DNA from: a virus
DNA: 64,000 nt
Reading direction: 5' to 3' (one strand)
IMG/VR virus record: IMGVR_UViG_3300025467_000009
Coordinates: 32,001-96,000 of that record
In this document: positions 1 to 10,312 of the stretch, one piece after another
Numbering within the stretch: the stretch's first letter is position 1
Layout: each line of letters starts with the position of its first letter
Made by a program: the position numbers and the translations under genes
The notes under the pieces: model-generated
The model's database searches: none
Seen by the model: only the letters and a program-made list of their open reading frames with translations
What the model was told of the DNA's origin: nothing

Positions 1-39
1 ACAAAATATGTAAATTGCCTTGAAACAAGGAGAAGTAAA

Positions 40-594
40 ATGGCTAAAACTGTATCACGTTCCGGAGATAACGGAAATAGTACCCCTGTAAATGTCCCAT
101 TTGACGATGGCATTTATGTAGAGCACAAGGCAGATCCAGTGGATCTATCTGCTGCTCGTGTTACACCTTCATTCTCTACCAAGGGATTGGAGAGCATTAA
201 CACTGGTTCTTGGATTGAAAATTTGATGCCTTCGGCTACTAATTTTTCAAGTCCTAAGGGCTCGTTTAAACTATTGGCACATGGTATTCACGGAAGTGTT
301 CAAACCATTACTGAAGAGTTGAGACGTGACCCTTTTGTTCTAAGAGCTGTACAAAGAGGTCGTATCCGTTTCTTGAATGATGAAGAAGCAATAACTAGAA
401 TCAATGAATTGGCCGAAGAGTCCAATGAACAAGATGACCACCTCAGTCACCTGATGGAAAGTCTTGGCGATAATGCTTCAGAAAATAATGGTATGTACAA
501 GATTGACCTACCAGATGAGGCAGAGCCAAAGGGACCATCTATGACACCTCAACAAATTTGGGGCGAGTCTAACAGACCCACAAATCTAAAATAA
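40..594 (+). CDS. hypothetical protein (acidic), virion morphogenesis region
   Basis: 184-aa ORF with AAGGAG RBS; no recognisable motif. Confidence 0.7.
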   Translation: MAKTVSRSGDNGNSTPVNVPFDDGIYVEHKADPVDLSAARVTPSFSTKGLESINTGSWIENLMPSATNFSSPKGSFKLLAHGIHGSVQTITEELRRDPFVLRAVQRGRIRFLNDEEAITRINELAEESNEQDDHLSHLMESLGDNASENNGMYKIDLPDEAEPKGPSMTPQQIWGESNRPTNLK

Positions 595-597
595 AAA

Positions 598-616
598 ACG
601 GGAGTTCAGTTCCCGT
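598..616. terminator. short GC-rich hairpin, possible terminator or processing stem
   Basis: ACGGGAG-ttcag-TTCCCGT inverted repeat preceded by an A-run (U-tract on the - strand); no U-tract on +. Confidence 0.35.
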
Positions 617-631
617 CTATAAGGAGCTTAA

Positions 632-907
632 ATGAGCGAAGAAAAGTCGACCCCACAGTTGGGACTGGATTCTTCCGTTTCAACAGAACCACTAACTATT
701 ATTGTTCCTTCAGGAGCACTTAATACACAGACACAAACAAGTCTAGGCTGGTACTACCCATTCCTACCCCAAACCTTCCCAGGTGCTGTAAGTAACGGAT
801 ACGCTACACCTACAGTTTCTGGTAATGGATACATGGGTACAAATAACAATGGCTTTGTTTTCCAAAGCGGACAATACAACTCACGTAGAGAAGGAAGCGG
901 ACTATAA
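632..907 (+). CDS. hypothetical protein
   Basis: AAGGAG RBS; stop overlaps next start (TAATG). Confidence 0.65.
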   Translation: MSEEKSTPQLGLDSSVSTEPLTIIVPSGALNTQTQTSLGWYYPFLPQTFPGAVSNGYATPTVSGNGYMGTNNNGFVFQSGQYNSRREGSGL

Positions 908-1617
908 TGGCTACAACACCAAACGTAACATCTGAGCAGCTAACGAAGCAGACGATTCGTCAAAATTCTGCTGCTACATCTTACATGCCAAACCCATTGC
1001 AGATTATTAATGCTGCAACTACACCTAGTGGACTTTACAAGCTTGTAGTAACTGACCTTACTACTGCATTTACCATTTCAGGTAGTGTTGGTGGAACAAC
1101 TTTCAATACTGCAGGACTTACAGGTAACTCAACTGTTGGTGCACTTGTTAGTGGTCTTCAAGCTGTTATTCCTAGTACAATTGCCTTTTCAGTAATTGCT
1201 GCTGGATCTAGTAGTAACACTGCTCAACTTCTTGGACAGACAACTACACAAATTGTATTCTCTAGTGCAACTGGTGCTGCTCTTCCTGTACTTAGTACAA
1301 GTGGTTCAACTGCTACTGCAACTAACATTAACATTACAACTGCAAGTGGAACAACTGCTTATCCTAACTACTACGGAACACCTAACGCTGTTCCAACTTG
1401 GATTGATGACGCAACAGTACACGCTTATCAAGTTATTGGTAACGGTGCAGTAGTTCAAGACACCACTACAATTGTTCAACAACAAGTTCGCCAGATTCGT
1501 ACCGGTAACGGTCCTGATGGTGGACTTGAGACTCAACAGTTGACTGGTTACTTTAATGTTTACCAAAGCAACCTTAACCAGACTAAGCAAAAGAACACTA
1601 AGCAACAGCAGTGCTAA
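907..1617 (+). CDS. putative virion structural protein (Thr/Ser/Gly-rich)
   Basis: 236-aa ORF, composition like the neighbouring virion proteins, coupled to upstream gene. Confidence 0.6.
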   Translation: MATTPNVTSEQLTKQTIRQNSAATSYMPNPLQIINAATTPSGLYKLVVTDLTTAFTISGSVGGTTFNTAGLTGNSTVGALVSGLQAVIPSTIAFSVIAAGSSSNTAQLLGQTTTQIVFSSATGAALPVLSTSGSTATATNINITTASGTTAYPNYYGTPNAVPTWIDDATVHAYQVIGNGAVVQDTTTIVQQQVRQIRTGNGPDGGLETQQLTGYFNVYQSNLNQTKQKNTKQQQC

Positions 1618-1623
1618 TTTAAT

Positions 1624-1764
1624 ATGGATGGAATTAATCCAGTTAGTACTAAGCTAACGGTGAGAGTTACAAAAATTAAAGCAGATGGGTCAAGGGAAGA
1701 TATGGGGGAACTTCTCTTGACATCAGCTGATGAGTCTAAGGAACCAGAATGGCAGGAACAATAA
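1624..1764 (+). CDS. small hypothetical protein (46 aa, MDGINPVSTKLTVRVTKIKADGSREDMGELL...), absent from ORF track
   Basis: Translated by hand; fills the gap between 1617 and 1749. Confidence 0.5.
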   Translation: MDGINPVSTKLTVRVTKIKADGSREDMGELLLTSADESKEPEWQEQ

Positions 1765-2348
1765 CAGCAAGTACGAGAAGTTCAATCGTACGAGCTTTAG
1801 TTTCTGGAACTGCCGGAGCAAATGCTCCCTGGCTTGGAGTCGGAGTTGCAAGTGGTACAGCAAGTGCTACTGATGTAGCTTTATTTGAAGAAGTACAAGC
1901 TCGAACTGGTGGTAATGTTAGTCAAGTTACTACAACCACTAGTGGAGATACCTACCAATGGGTAGGACTTTTTTCAAGTTCAGCAACACAAACTCTAACT
2001 AACCTTGGACTCTTTACTGGTTTTACAGCTCCTATCCAAGGGCAACTAACACAACAGGTTAATTCAAACTCCCAAAGTTTTATTTATCCAAGTAACTACT
2101 ACAACTGGCCAACTCAATATCCTTTTAATATTCAAGTTGCATCAGAAGTAATGGCAGTAGTTAGTGGAGACAACTATCAAACTCTTTATGTACTTAGAGG
2201 GCAAAATGGTTCAACAGCATTAACCAGCATTCCAGCGACTACTTGGATTACTCAAGGTAGTGGAATGATTGCTAAGACTAACTTTGTTGGACTTAGTTTG
2301 AGTGCCGGTGACACTATTCAATTCACTATAGATATACAATTTCAGTAA
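1749..2348 (+). CDS. putative virion structural protein
   Basis: GVGVASGTASATDVALFEE and LSLSAGDTIQFTIDIQF resemble phage tail/baseplate-associated beta-sandwich proteins. Confidence 0.55.
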   Translation: MAGTITASTRSSIVRALVSGTAGANAPWLGVGVASGTASATDVALFEEVQARTGGNVSQVTTTTSGDTYQWVGLFSSSATQTLTNLGLFTGFTAPIQGQLTQQVNSNSQSFIYPSNYYNWPTQYPFNIQVASEVMAVVSGDNYQTLYVLRGQNGSTALTSIPATTWITQGSGMIAKTNFVGLSLSAGDTIQFTIDIQFQ

Positions 2349-2362
2349 AGAAAGGTTAAAAG

Positions 2363-2908
2363 ATGGCTTCCTCATCAAACTACGTATTCCCACAAGAAGG
2401 ACTTAACTTCCTTCTTAATATTGTCCCTAGAGGTTCACAGGCTGTAACTTCAGGTACTTACCTTGGTCTTTTCACTACCTCATGGGGTACTGTTCAAGGG
2501 TATGGTACTGCTAATACTAACATTACACTTAACTCAGGTACATACCCTGTAACCGAGTTGGCTGCTGTTTCAGGTATTGGTTACTCACGTGCCTTCCTTG
2601 CTTCTGGTACTTGGGGTGCTCCAACTGCCGGTACTACAGTTATCGGTGCTAACACTATTAACGTTCAACAGAGTACTTACGGTTCAGCACAGACCTTTAC
2701 CTGCCAGAGTGGAACTTGGGCTAACATCAACGGTATCTTCATTGCAACCATGAGTGGTGTTGGTTCAGCAAGTAACCCAGCAGCTTCACCAATCCCTGCA
2801 GTTGTACTTTGGTATGCACCATTTGCAGACCTTGGAACAGTTACTCTTGCTTCTGGTGACTCACTTTCAATCACACCTACCTGGCAGTCTGCTCCGTACC
2901 CTGCTTGA
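2363..2908 (+). CDS. putative virion structural protein
   Basis: YLGLFT..GYSRA..QTFT..W..INGIFIAT..TLASGDSLSIT pattern common in minor tail proteins. Confidence 0.55.
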   Translation: MASSSNYVFPQEGLNFLLNIVPRGSQAVTSGTYLGLFTTSWGTVQGYGTANTNITLNSGTYPVTELAAVSGIGYSRAFLASGTWGAPTAGTTVIGANTINVQQSTYGSAQTFTCQSGTWANINGIFIATMSGVGSASNPAASPIPAVVLWYAPFADLGTVTLASGDSLSITPTWQSAPYPA

Positions 2909-2942
2909 TTTACTTGGCTACTAGCTAGCCTGAAGGATAATC

Positions 2943-4577
2943 ATGCCACGGACATCATATAGCCAGAACACCTATGTAGGAGGAGCCCCAGCCGGGACTC
3001 TTTTTACTGGTGTAGCATCTGGTGTAACTACAATTACAATTACCGGTACTACAAGTGCCTGGAATAACCTTGGTACATCTGGGGGTTTTAACCTTGCCCT
3101 CAATTATGGCCAAACCACTGAAGAAAAGATATATTGTCCTGCCGGGTCTTATAACTGGGCTTCTGGCTCAGTAACTATTAGTGGAGTAAGTAGAGGTATT
3201 GATGGAACAACTGCACAATTGCAACTTGCTGGTGTAAGTGCTGTTCCTATCTTAACAGCAGTAGATTTAACGGAAGCCAATCTACTAGTAAGTCAAACTT
3301 TACTCAACGTTACTACCTCCAGTGGTCAAGCATTAGTATCTAATGGTACAGGAATATCTTATGGGAATGCTACAGTTTCTTCTGGAACTGTTATTTCTTA
3401 TCCTATTATATCCAATGGTAGTATTCGTGGTGGTACAACAAGTGGAACTTTAAATACAAATTCTACACTTGTCAATCCAATTTTACAAGCAGGGTATGAA
3501 AAGATTAATGTTGTTAATGCAGGAGTAAATGGAACAACTACAATTTCAACTAGCTCAGGCAGTGTTTGGTATTATAGTTCTGCAGCAACTGGAACATTTA
3601 ATTTAAATATTACTTCAAGTGGTAACCTTGGCCCTACTTTAACTACTGGTACAGCAATTACTACTACTATATTAACCAAGCAAGGTTCTCCAGCTTATGC
3701 AACAACAAGTGGACTTCTTGGTAGTAGTCCTATTTCTATTGATAATGTTGTAATAAGTTCAGGGCAAGTTTATTGGCAAGGTGGTACAGCTCCTGGTAGT
3801 GGTAATGCCAATGGTATTGATATTTATTCTGTTACTGCACTTTATTCTCCATATGGGTCTTCTTATGAAACTCAAGTAGCTGCATTATCTCCTAGAGCTT
3901 GGTATAAGTTGGGAGAACCTGCTGGTTCAACCACTGCTGCAGATAGCTCAGGTAATGGATATACTGGTACTGTTACAGGAACAATTAACTTTGGACAGTC
4001 AGGTCCTTTCCCCTATTTAACTACAGTTAGTGGATTTAATGTTAATGCAAGTTCTGGTTATATTACTTCTAACACAGGAGTTACTGCAACTACTAACGTA
4101 TCAATGGGTGCATGGTTCAATATGCCAGCAGCTACTTCTAGTGGTATAATACTAATGCTACATAATGCAGCTACTAGTACTGGTTATGGTTTTGGTATTG
4201 GTTCTAATAGTGCTCCAAACGCTGATGCTTTAGGTAATACTCTACAAGGATTATTTGAATTAACTCGTTGGATACCAACAGGCGTTGTAGTAACCCCGGG
4301 TTGGCATTTTGTAGTAATGACCCTAGATTCTTCAGGTTACCCTCGTTTTTATCTAGATGGTTTTCAAGTATATACAGATACTGGAACTGTTGCTTTAGCT
4401 CCCACTGGAATATTGAGTATTGGATCAGATGCAGTTTCTCCAAGTTTTCAAAGAATTTTTCCTGGAACAATTTCTGAAGTTATATTATTTACCTCTACAC
4501 TTTCAGCTGCTCAAGTATTATCATTATACCAAGCTGGAGTTCCATATACAGTATTAGCGAGTAAGACAACTTTCTAA
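2943..4577 (+). CDS. fibre adaptor paralog A1 with inserted LamG/concanavalin-like domain
   Basis: N-term MPRxxYSxNxYxGGA..EEKIY.P; LamG-type motifs (AWYKLGE..ADSSGNGYTGT, WHFVVMT, FYLDG, LSAAQVLSLY); C-term YTVLASKTTF. Confidence 0.75.
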   Translation: MPRTSYSQNTYVGGAPAGTLFTGVASGVTTITITGTTSAWNNLGTSGGFNLALNYGQTTEEKIYCPAGSYNWASGSVTISGVSRGIDGTTAQLQLAGVSAVPILTAVDLTEANLLVSQTLLNVTTSSGQALVSNGTGISYGNATVSSGTVISYPIISNGSIRGGTTSGTLNTNSTLVNPILQAGYEKINVVNAGVNGTTTISTSSGSVWYYSSAATGTFNLNITSSGNLGPTLTTGTAITTTILTKQGSPAYATTSGLLGSSPISIDNVVISSGQVYWQGGTAPGSGNANGIDIYSVTALYSPYGSSYETQVAALSPRAWYKLGEPAGSTTAADSSGNGYTGTVTGTINFGQSGPFPYLTTVSGFNVNASSGYITSNTGVTATTNVSMGAWFNMPAATSSGIILMLHNAATSTGYGFGIGSNSAPNADALGNTLQGLFELTRWIPTGVVVTPGWHFVVMTLDSSGYPRFYLDGFQVYTDTGTVALAPTGILSIGSDAVSPSFQRIFPGTISEVILFTSTLSAAQVLSLYQAGVPYTVLASKTTF

Positions 4578-4579
4578 CT

Positions 4580-5428
4580 ATGCCTTTCCTTGAAACTATT
4601 GGAACAGCTAGTGCTCAAGCTTATGGAGTTGGAGGTGTACCTGTTATACCTACTAAGTTATATCAAATAATACTTTCTGGTACTGGTGTTTTTAATTCTC
4701 CCCCAACACTTACTGCTCAAGGAATAAGTTATATACTTGTAGCAGGTGGTGGAGGTGGAGGAGGTGGATGGAGTAATGCCACTGGTGGTGGGGGTGGAGG
4801 TGCCGGAGGTGTTGTTAGTGGTATATTGACAGGTGTAACTGGTACAGGAATTTCTTATAGTGTTGGTGCAGGTGGTGCTGCTGGAATTGGTTCTGCAGAT
4901 TCAAGTGCTGTGACAGCTGGTTCTGTAGGTAATCCTACAACTTTTGGTTCTGTAACTACTGCAGTTGGTGGAGGTGGTGGTGGTCAAGGATTAGCCCAAG
5001 GTGTAACCGGTGGTGGATCTGGTGGTGGAGCTAATCGTCAAGTTGGTGGTAATGGGACAGTAGGCCAAGGTAATAGGGGAGGAAATGCTACATCCGGTGG
5101 ACAGTACGGGGCATCTGGTGGTGGTGGTTATGCGGCACCTGGTACAGACATATCTGGTCAACAAAACCCAGGTAGTGCAGGCGGTTCGGGTGGTACATTT
5201 GTAACTGCCTCAGGAACTTTTATTTTAGCCGGAGGTGGTGGGGGTGGAGGTAGTTCTACACCTCAAGCTGCAGGTGGTATAGGTGGGGGTGGTGCTGGTG
5301 GAACAAATATAAATGTATCAGTTGCTGGAACACCTCAAACCGGGGGTGGTGGAGGTGGTTGTGGTACTTTTGATAACAATCCTAAATCCGGAGGGTCAGG
5401 TATAATAATCTTGACTTATATTGCATAA
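4580..5428 (+). CDS. glycine-rich domain fibre/tip protein B1
   Basis: YILVAGGGGGG..GGGGAGG..GGSGIIILTY; N-term MPFLETIGTASAQAYG. Confidence 0.7.
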   Translation: MPFLETIGTASAQAYGVGGVPVIPTKLYQIILSGTGVFNSPPTLTAQGISYILVAGGGGGGGGWSNATGGGGGGAGGVVSGILTGVTGTGISYSVGAGGAAGIGSADSSAVTAGSVGNPTTFGSVTTAVGGGGGGQGLAQGVTGGGSGGGANRQVGGNGTVGQGNRGGNATSGGQYGASGGGGYAAPGTDISGQQNPGSAGGSGGTFVTASGTFILAGGGGGGGSSTPQAAGGIGGGGAGGTNINVSVAGTPQTGGGGGGCGTFDNNPKSGGSGIIILTYIA

Positions 5429-5429
5429 T

Positions 5430-5816
5430 ATGGCACACTTTGCAGAAATAGATAAAAACAATATAGTTTTAAGAATAATTGTTGTTGATGATATTTATCA
5501 AAATGATGGTCAAAATTATTTAGCTAATGAATGTGATTTTGGAGGAACCTGGATTCAAACAAGTTACAATACTAGATTAGGAAAACACAATCTGGGAGGT
5601 AAACCATTGAGAGCAAATTATGCTGGTATTGGATACATCTATCACCCAGATTTAGATATATTTTCACCACCCCAACCATACCCTAGCTGGGATAAATTAG
5701 ATGCAAAGACAGGTCAATGGAATTCTCCTATTTCTTATCCAACTGATGGGAAAATCTATGAATGGGAAGAAACTTCTAAAAGTTGGATAACTTCAAATTT
5801 ACAATTAACCCTGTAA
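5430..5816 (+). CDS. small protein following a Gly-rich fibre gene (possible fibre chaperone)
   Basis: MAHFAEID..NIVLRIIVV..WIQTSYN..LRANYAGIGYIY..F.PPQPYPSW; ATG at 5430 preferred over 5421. Confidence 0.6.
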   Translation: MAHFAEIDKNNIVLRIIVVDDIYQNDGQNYLANECDFGGTWIQTSYNTRLGKHNLGGKPLRANYAGIGYIYHPDLDIFSPPQPYPSWDKLDAKTGQWNSPISYPTDGKIYEWEETSKSWITSNLQLTL

Positions 5817-5854
5817 AATATACTATAAGACATTCAAGTAACGACAAATAAATT

Positions 5855-8800
5855 ATGCCAAGATTACCTTACTCACTAAACTCGTACACAGGTGGAGCAA
5901 CACCAGGCTTTATTGCTGGTAGTGGTATTGGTGCCGCTGATACTACAATTACTATAACAGGTACTGGTTCAACATGGACAACTCTTGGTTCTGGTAATGG
6001 ATTTAATCTTTCACTTCAGTATGGTCAAACCACAGAAGAAAAGATTTATGTACCTGTAATTTCTGGAGCATTTGCTGGTACTAATACACCTTATGCAACC
6101 ATTTCTGGTTTTAGTAGTGGTGCTAATGTAATTGCAGATACTTATATTACTCCTAGTGGTGATAAAATTTTCTTGCCACAGCAAATTTCTGGTAATATCG
6201 GAGTGTTCAGTACAGCTACAAATACTCTAACTACAATTTTGAGCGGTAATAATACCAGTCTTCTTGGTCTTCAAGGAGCTGCTTTTTCTACTAATAACCA
6301 AACTTACTTTGGTGGTTATGCTTCTGGTTTTGTATTAGTCTATAACACAACTACCAATGCCTATATTACTACTTTAAGTGGTGCAACTTATGGACTAAAT
6401 GGTAATTCTCAATACATTACTACTACAACAACTAGTAGTGGTAACTTTCTTTATGTTGCAGGGCCTGTTAATAATGCAGTGAGTGTAATTAATACTGCAA
6501 CCAATACTCTTGCAACTGTATGGAGTGGTACTAGTTTCAACTTTAGTAATATTGGAAATATGTCTGCTATTAATGGTAAGATGTATGTTAGTAACCAAGC
6601 TGCAAATAAAATCACTGTTGTTAACCTAAATACAAATACTTATGTTACTACTATTAGTGGTCTAACCACAGGGTTTAATACGCCTCTATCCTCAGTTACT
6701 ACAACTGTTAGTGGAGTTCCTTATGTTTATGTTTGGAACTATAATGGTAATTCAGTTAGTGTAATCAACTCTAATACTGATACGGTAACTGCAATTATTA
6801 GTGGTGGTACTCTTAACACCGGTAATAATGGTACTCAAACCATTATGTCAATGCAGACTACTACAAGTGGTAATTATCTTTTTGTTACTAGTCTTGGTGG
6901 TAACAGTATCAGTGTATTTGATACAGCAACCAATAACCTTATTTATACTATAAGTGGTACCCAATACAATTTAAATGCACCAGGTGGACTAGCAATTACT
7001 CCTAGTGGCAACTTTGCTTATATTGCAAATACCAATACTGCTGGTAACCTTAATGTTGTAAGTCTATATACAATTTCTCCATATCTTACTGGTTCTGGTT
7101 CAATTACAGTTAGTGGAGTAACTCGTGGTATTGATAATACTACAGCTCAAGTCCACCCAAGTGGTTCAAGTGTTACTCCAGTATTAACTGCTGTAGAACT
7201 TCGTGAAGCAAATGCACTAGTCAACCAAGCAATCTTTCCTGCAGCCACCTATAGTGGTCAAGCTTTGGCTAGTACAGGTTCGGGTATTGTTTATACTCCT
7301 CAATTTACCCCAGGTACTAAATTAAATAATGCAATTCTTAAGTCACCACTTGAAACAATAAATATTCTAAATACTGGTATTAATGGTGGTTTAACTATTA
7401 ATACAAGCTCAGGTAATACTTCATTCTACACAGTACCAGCAAGTGGTAACTTTACAGTTAATATTACTACAAACAATACCCTTGCAACTGTAATGAATTC
7501 TGGCCAATCTATAACAACTAACCTACTTGCAACTCAAGGAAGTACAGGTTATGCACTATTACAAAGTGGTAACTATAGTGGTATTAGTGTTGATGGTTAT
7601 ACAATAACTTCTGGTCAAAATTACTATTTTAATACAATTAGTGGTATAGCTCCTATATCAAGTGGTGTTGCTAATAGTATTGATATTTACACATTTACTG
7701 TATTAAGAAATAATTTAAACTTTGATACAGTTCTTTCAGGTTACAATCCAGATGTCTGGTTTAAACTTAATGACCCAAACTCAACTCGTGTAGCCACCGA
7801 TTCTTCTGTTAACGGTTACATTGGTAACTACAGTGGTAATGTTATTCAAGTGCAACAAGGGTTTAACCCTGTAATACCAAGCGATTATTCAGCTTACTTT
7901 AATCCTGCCGGTCAAAATATTGTTAGCACTAATTATACTCCCAACTGGGGAAATAATCAAAGTTTCACTATTAATGCCTGGTTTAATACTACTCAAAGTA
8001 CTCGTGGTGACTTTGTAGTTATTGGTAGTAATGCCTCTGCTATTAATAATGGTATTTTTATGTTTACCAATGCAACTGGTAACCTTGAAGTTGATAATGC
8101 ATTTGTGGGTGGCCCAGTTAGTTCTACAAAAGTAAATGATGGAACTTGGCACATGGCCACACTTCAGGCCACTGCTGTTAGTGCAGGAAACACAACTTAC
8201 CAACTTTATGTAGACGGTGTAGCAAATGGAACATCTACTAGTATGGCACCTAACATGGTTGCTAGTGGTAGTCTAGTAATTGGTGCTAGTACCAATGGTG
8301 GTTTTCAATATACTGGCTATGTAAATCAAGTTGCAATATTTAGAAGTGCCCTTTCCGCAGCTCAAATTCAAAACCTTTATCAAGCTGGAAGGCCTTATAC
8401 TGTATTAAGTAGTAAAGTTGCAGCAAGTGGTGTTTTATATTCAACAGGTCTTTACAACTTCCCAGTTGGTACAAGTCTTTCCTTTACAAGTGCAGGTGTA
8501 TCTGGGCAAAATGGTCCATCCCTTGCACAAGCCATTACAGGACTTTCATCTAATCAATCAACTAGTTGGTCAAGTAATACACAATTCTTCAATCAAGGCA
8601 GTTACAATGGTTATCAACTTTGGACAGTACCAGCAACTGGAACTTATCGAATAACTGCAAGTGGTGCTGCCGGTGGTAACTGCACTAGTTATGGTTATTA
8701 TGGTGGTAGTGGTGCAGTAATGCAGGGTGACTTCTCCCTCACCCAGGGTCAGCAACTCACTATACTGGTGGGTCAAACAGCACCTAGTAATATTGGCTTT

Positions 8801-9382
8801 TCACAAGGTGGTCAGCAAGCTGGTTCAGGTGGAGGAACTTTTGTTGCATTAGGTGCAACTGCCAGTACTGCAACTGCTTTAATTGTAGCAGGTGGAGGTG
8901 GAGGTGCTTGGATTTTTACTGGTAACCCTTCCTATAACTATGGTCGTGGAGGGACAACTTACACATTTGGTAGTAATGGTGGGCAAGGTAACGGTGGGGT
9001 TGGAGCTACTGGACCAAACGGTGTAGGTGGTAATGGTCAACAAGGAAATGCTGCAGGATATACTGGTAATGGTACCAATAGTAGTGGTGCTGCAGCAACA
9101 TCATTTACTAACGGTGGAATAGGTTCTCAAGAAAACCTAAGCTGGGGTACATATAATTGTTACGGTGGTTTTGGTGGTGGTGGTGGTGGTGGACTTGCTG
9201 TAGGTGGTGGCGGTGGCTATGGTGGTGGTGGTTATGGTACTTGGGCTTCATGGGGTGGTGGCGGTGGTGGTGGTTCATATAACTCTGGAGCTAACCAAGT
9301 AAACACTAATGGTACTGATAACAATTCTGCACTAACCGGTAATGCACGTAATGGTTCAGTAACAATTGTTAGACTTTCATAA
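5855..9382 (+). CDS. fused fibre protein A2+B: adaptor domain, YVTN-type beta-propeller, LamG, Gly-rich domain
   Basis: Repeated (Y/F)V.N...N.(V/I)SVI.T.TN blades; LamG (WFKLND, DGTWHMAT, LYVDGV, LSAAQIQNLY); C-term WTVPATGTYRITASGAAGG Gly-rich domain. Confidence 0.75.
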   Translation: MPRLPYSLNSYTGGATPGFIAGSGIGAADTTITITGTGSTWTTLGSGNGFNLSLQYGQTTEEKIYVPVISGAFAGTNTPYATISGFSSGANVIADTYITPSGDKIFLPQQISGNIGVFSTATNTLTTILSGNNTSLLGLQGAAFSTNNQTYFGGYASGFVLVYNTTTNAYITTLSGATYGLNGNSQYITTTTTSSGNFLYVAGPVNNAVSVINTATNTLATVWSGTSFNFSNIGNMSAINGKMYVSNQAANKITVVNLNTNTYVTTISGLTTGFNTPLSSVTTTVSGVPYVYVWNYNGNSVSVINSNTDTVTAIISGGTLNTGNNGTQTIMSMQTTTSGNYLFVTSLGGNSISVFDTATNNLIYTISGTQYNLNAPGGLAITPSGNFAYIANTNTAGNLNVVSLYTISPYLTGSGSITVSGVTRGIDNTTAQVHPSGSSVTPVLTAVELREANALVNQAIFPAATYSGQALASTGSGIVYTPQFTPGTKLNNAILKSPLETINILNTGINGGLTINTSSGNTSFYTVPASGNFTVNITTNNTLATVMNSGQSITTNLLATQGSTGYALLQSGNYSGISVDGYTITSGQNYYFNTISGIAPISSGVANSIDIYTFTVLRNNLNFDTVLSGYNPDVWFKLNDPNSTRVATDSSVNGYIGNYSGNVIQVQQGFNPVIPSDYSAYFNPAGQNIVSTNYTPNWGNNQSFTINAWFNTTQSTRGDFVVIGSNASAINNGIFMFTNATGNLEVDNAFVGGPVSSTKVNDGTWHMATLQATAVSAGNTTYQLYVDGVANGTSTSMAPNMVASGSLVIGASTNGGFQYTGYVNQVAIFRSALSAAQIQNLYQAGRPYTVLSSKVAASGVLYSTGLYNFPVGTSLSFTSAGVSGQNGPSLAQAITGLSSNQSTSWSSNTQFFNQGSYNGYQLWTVPATGTYRITASGAAGGNCTSYGYYGGSGAVMQGDFSLTQGQQLTILVGQTAPSNIGFSQGGQQAGSGGGTFVALGATASTATALIVAGGGGGAWIFTGNPSYNYGRGGTTYTFGSNGGQGNGGVGATGPNGVGGNGQQGNAAGYTGNGTNSSGAAATSFTNGGIGSQENLSWGTYNCYGGFGGGGGGGLAVGGGGGYGGGGYGTWASWGGGGGGGSYNSGANQVNTNGTDNNSALTGNARNGSVTIVRLS

Positions 9383-9429
9383 CTTGTAAAAAACACTCTA
9401 GAACATATTAAGATATGTAAGGACATAAA

Positions 9430-10311
9430 ATGCCAAGAATACCCTATAGCGTAAACTCATATACAGGAGGAGCCATACCGGCTACCCTCTTTTATAGTGT
9501 TACAGCAACTGGTACAGTAATTACTATAACAGGAACAAATACCACCTGGAGTGGCTTGGGTGGTGCCGGTGGATTTAACCTTGCTATTAACTATGGTGGA
9601 GTAAATGAAGAAAAGATCTTTGTTCCTAGTGGTAACTACCCTTGGACAAGTGGTGGGGTAACCCTTAGTGGAATTACTCGTGGTTATGACAACACTACAT
9701 CTTACCTTCAAGTTGCAGGACTTAGTGTTGTACCAGTCCTTACTGCAATTGAAACTTCAGAAGCCAACCAGTTGGTAAATAGTGTACTTGGTAACTTAAC
9801 AACTGCAACTAGTGGTCAAATCTTGACTTCAACTGGTTCTGGTGTTTCCTTTACTCCTAACCTTCTTTCTACTCCAAAATCTCTCCTTACTAATCCTGTC
9901 CTTAACGGAACAATGGAAACAACATATGTAAGTAGTAACGCTGTTGGTGGATTGATGACTTTAAACGTTAGTTCAGGAAGTACATATCTATATAATGGAG
10001 CTACAACTTCTCAATTCTCTATAAATTTAACTGCTAGTGGTACACTTAATAGTCTTTTGGCAGTTGGGCAGAGTATTACAGCAAGTCTTTTAGTAACAAA
10101 CGGTGCTACGGGTTATTACTTGGTTTCTTCAGGTTTTCAAATCGATGGTGTAGTACAGGTATATAGTGGTGGACCAATTAATATGTACTGGTATGGTGGT
10201 ACAGCTCCAGTTTCTGGATTTGGTAATGGTATTGACGCTTATACTTTTAATATTATTAAAACTTCTGCAACTCCAACCTATATAACACTAGCAAGCCAGA
10301 CTAGATACTAA
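9430..10311 (+). CDS. fibre adaptor paralog A3 (minimal form, no insertions)
   Basis: MPRIPYSVNSYTGGA..EEKIFVP..GIDAYTF..YITLASQTRY. Confidence 0.75.
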   Translation: MPRIPYSVNSYTGGAIPATLFYSVTATGTVITITGTNTTWSGLGGAGGFNLAINYGGVNEEKIFVPSGNYPWTSGGVTLSGITRGYDNTTSYLQVAGLSVVPVLTAIETSEANQLVNSVLGNLTTATSGQILTSTGSGVSFTPNLLSTPKSLLTNPVLNGTMETTYVSSNAVGGLMTLNVSSGSTYLYNGATTSQFSINLTASGTLNSLLAVGQSITASLLVTNGATGYYLVSSGFQIDGVVQVYSGGPINMYWYGGTAPVSGFGNGIDAYTFNIIKTSATPTYITLASQTRY

Positions 10312-10312
10312 A

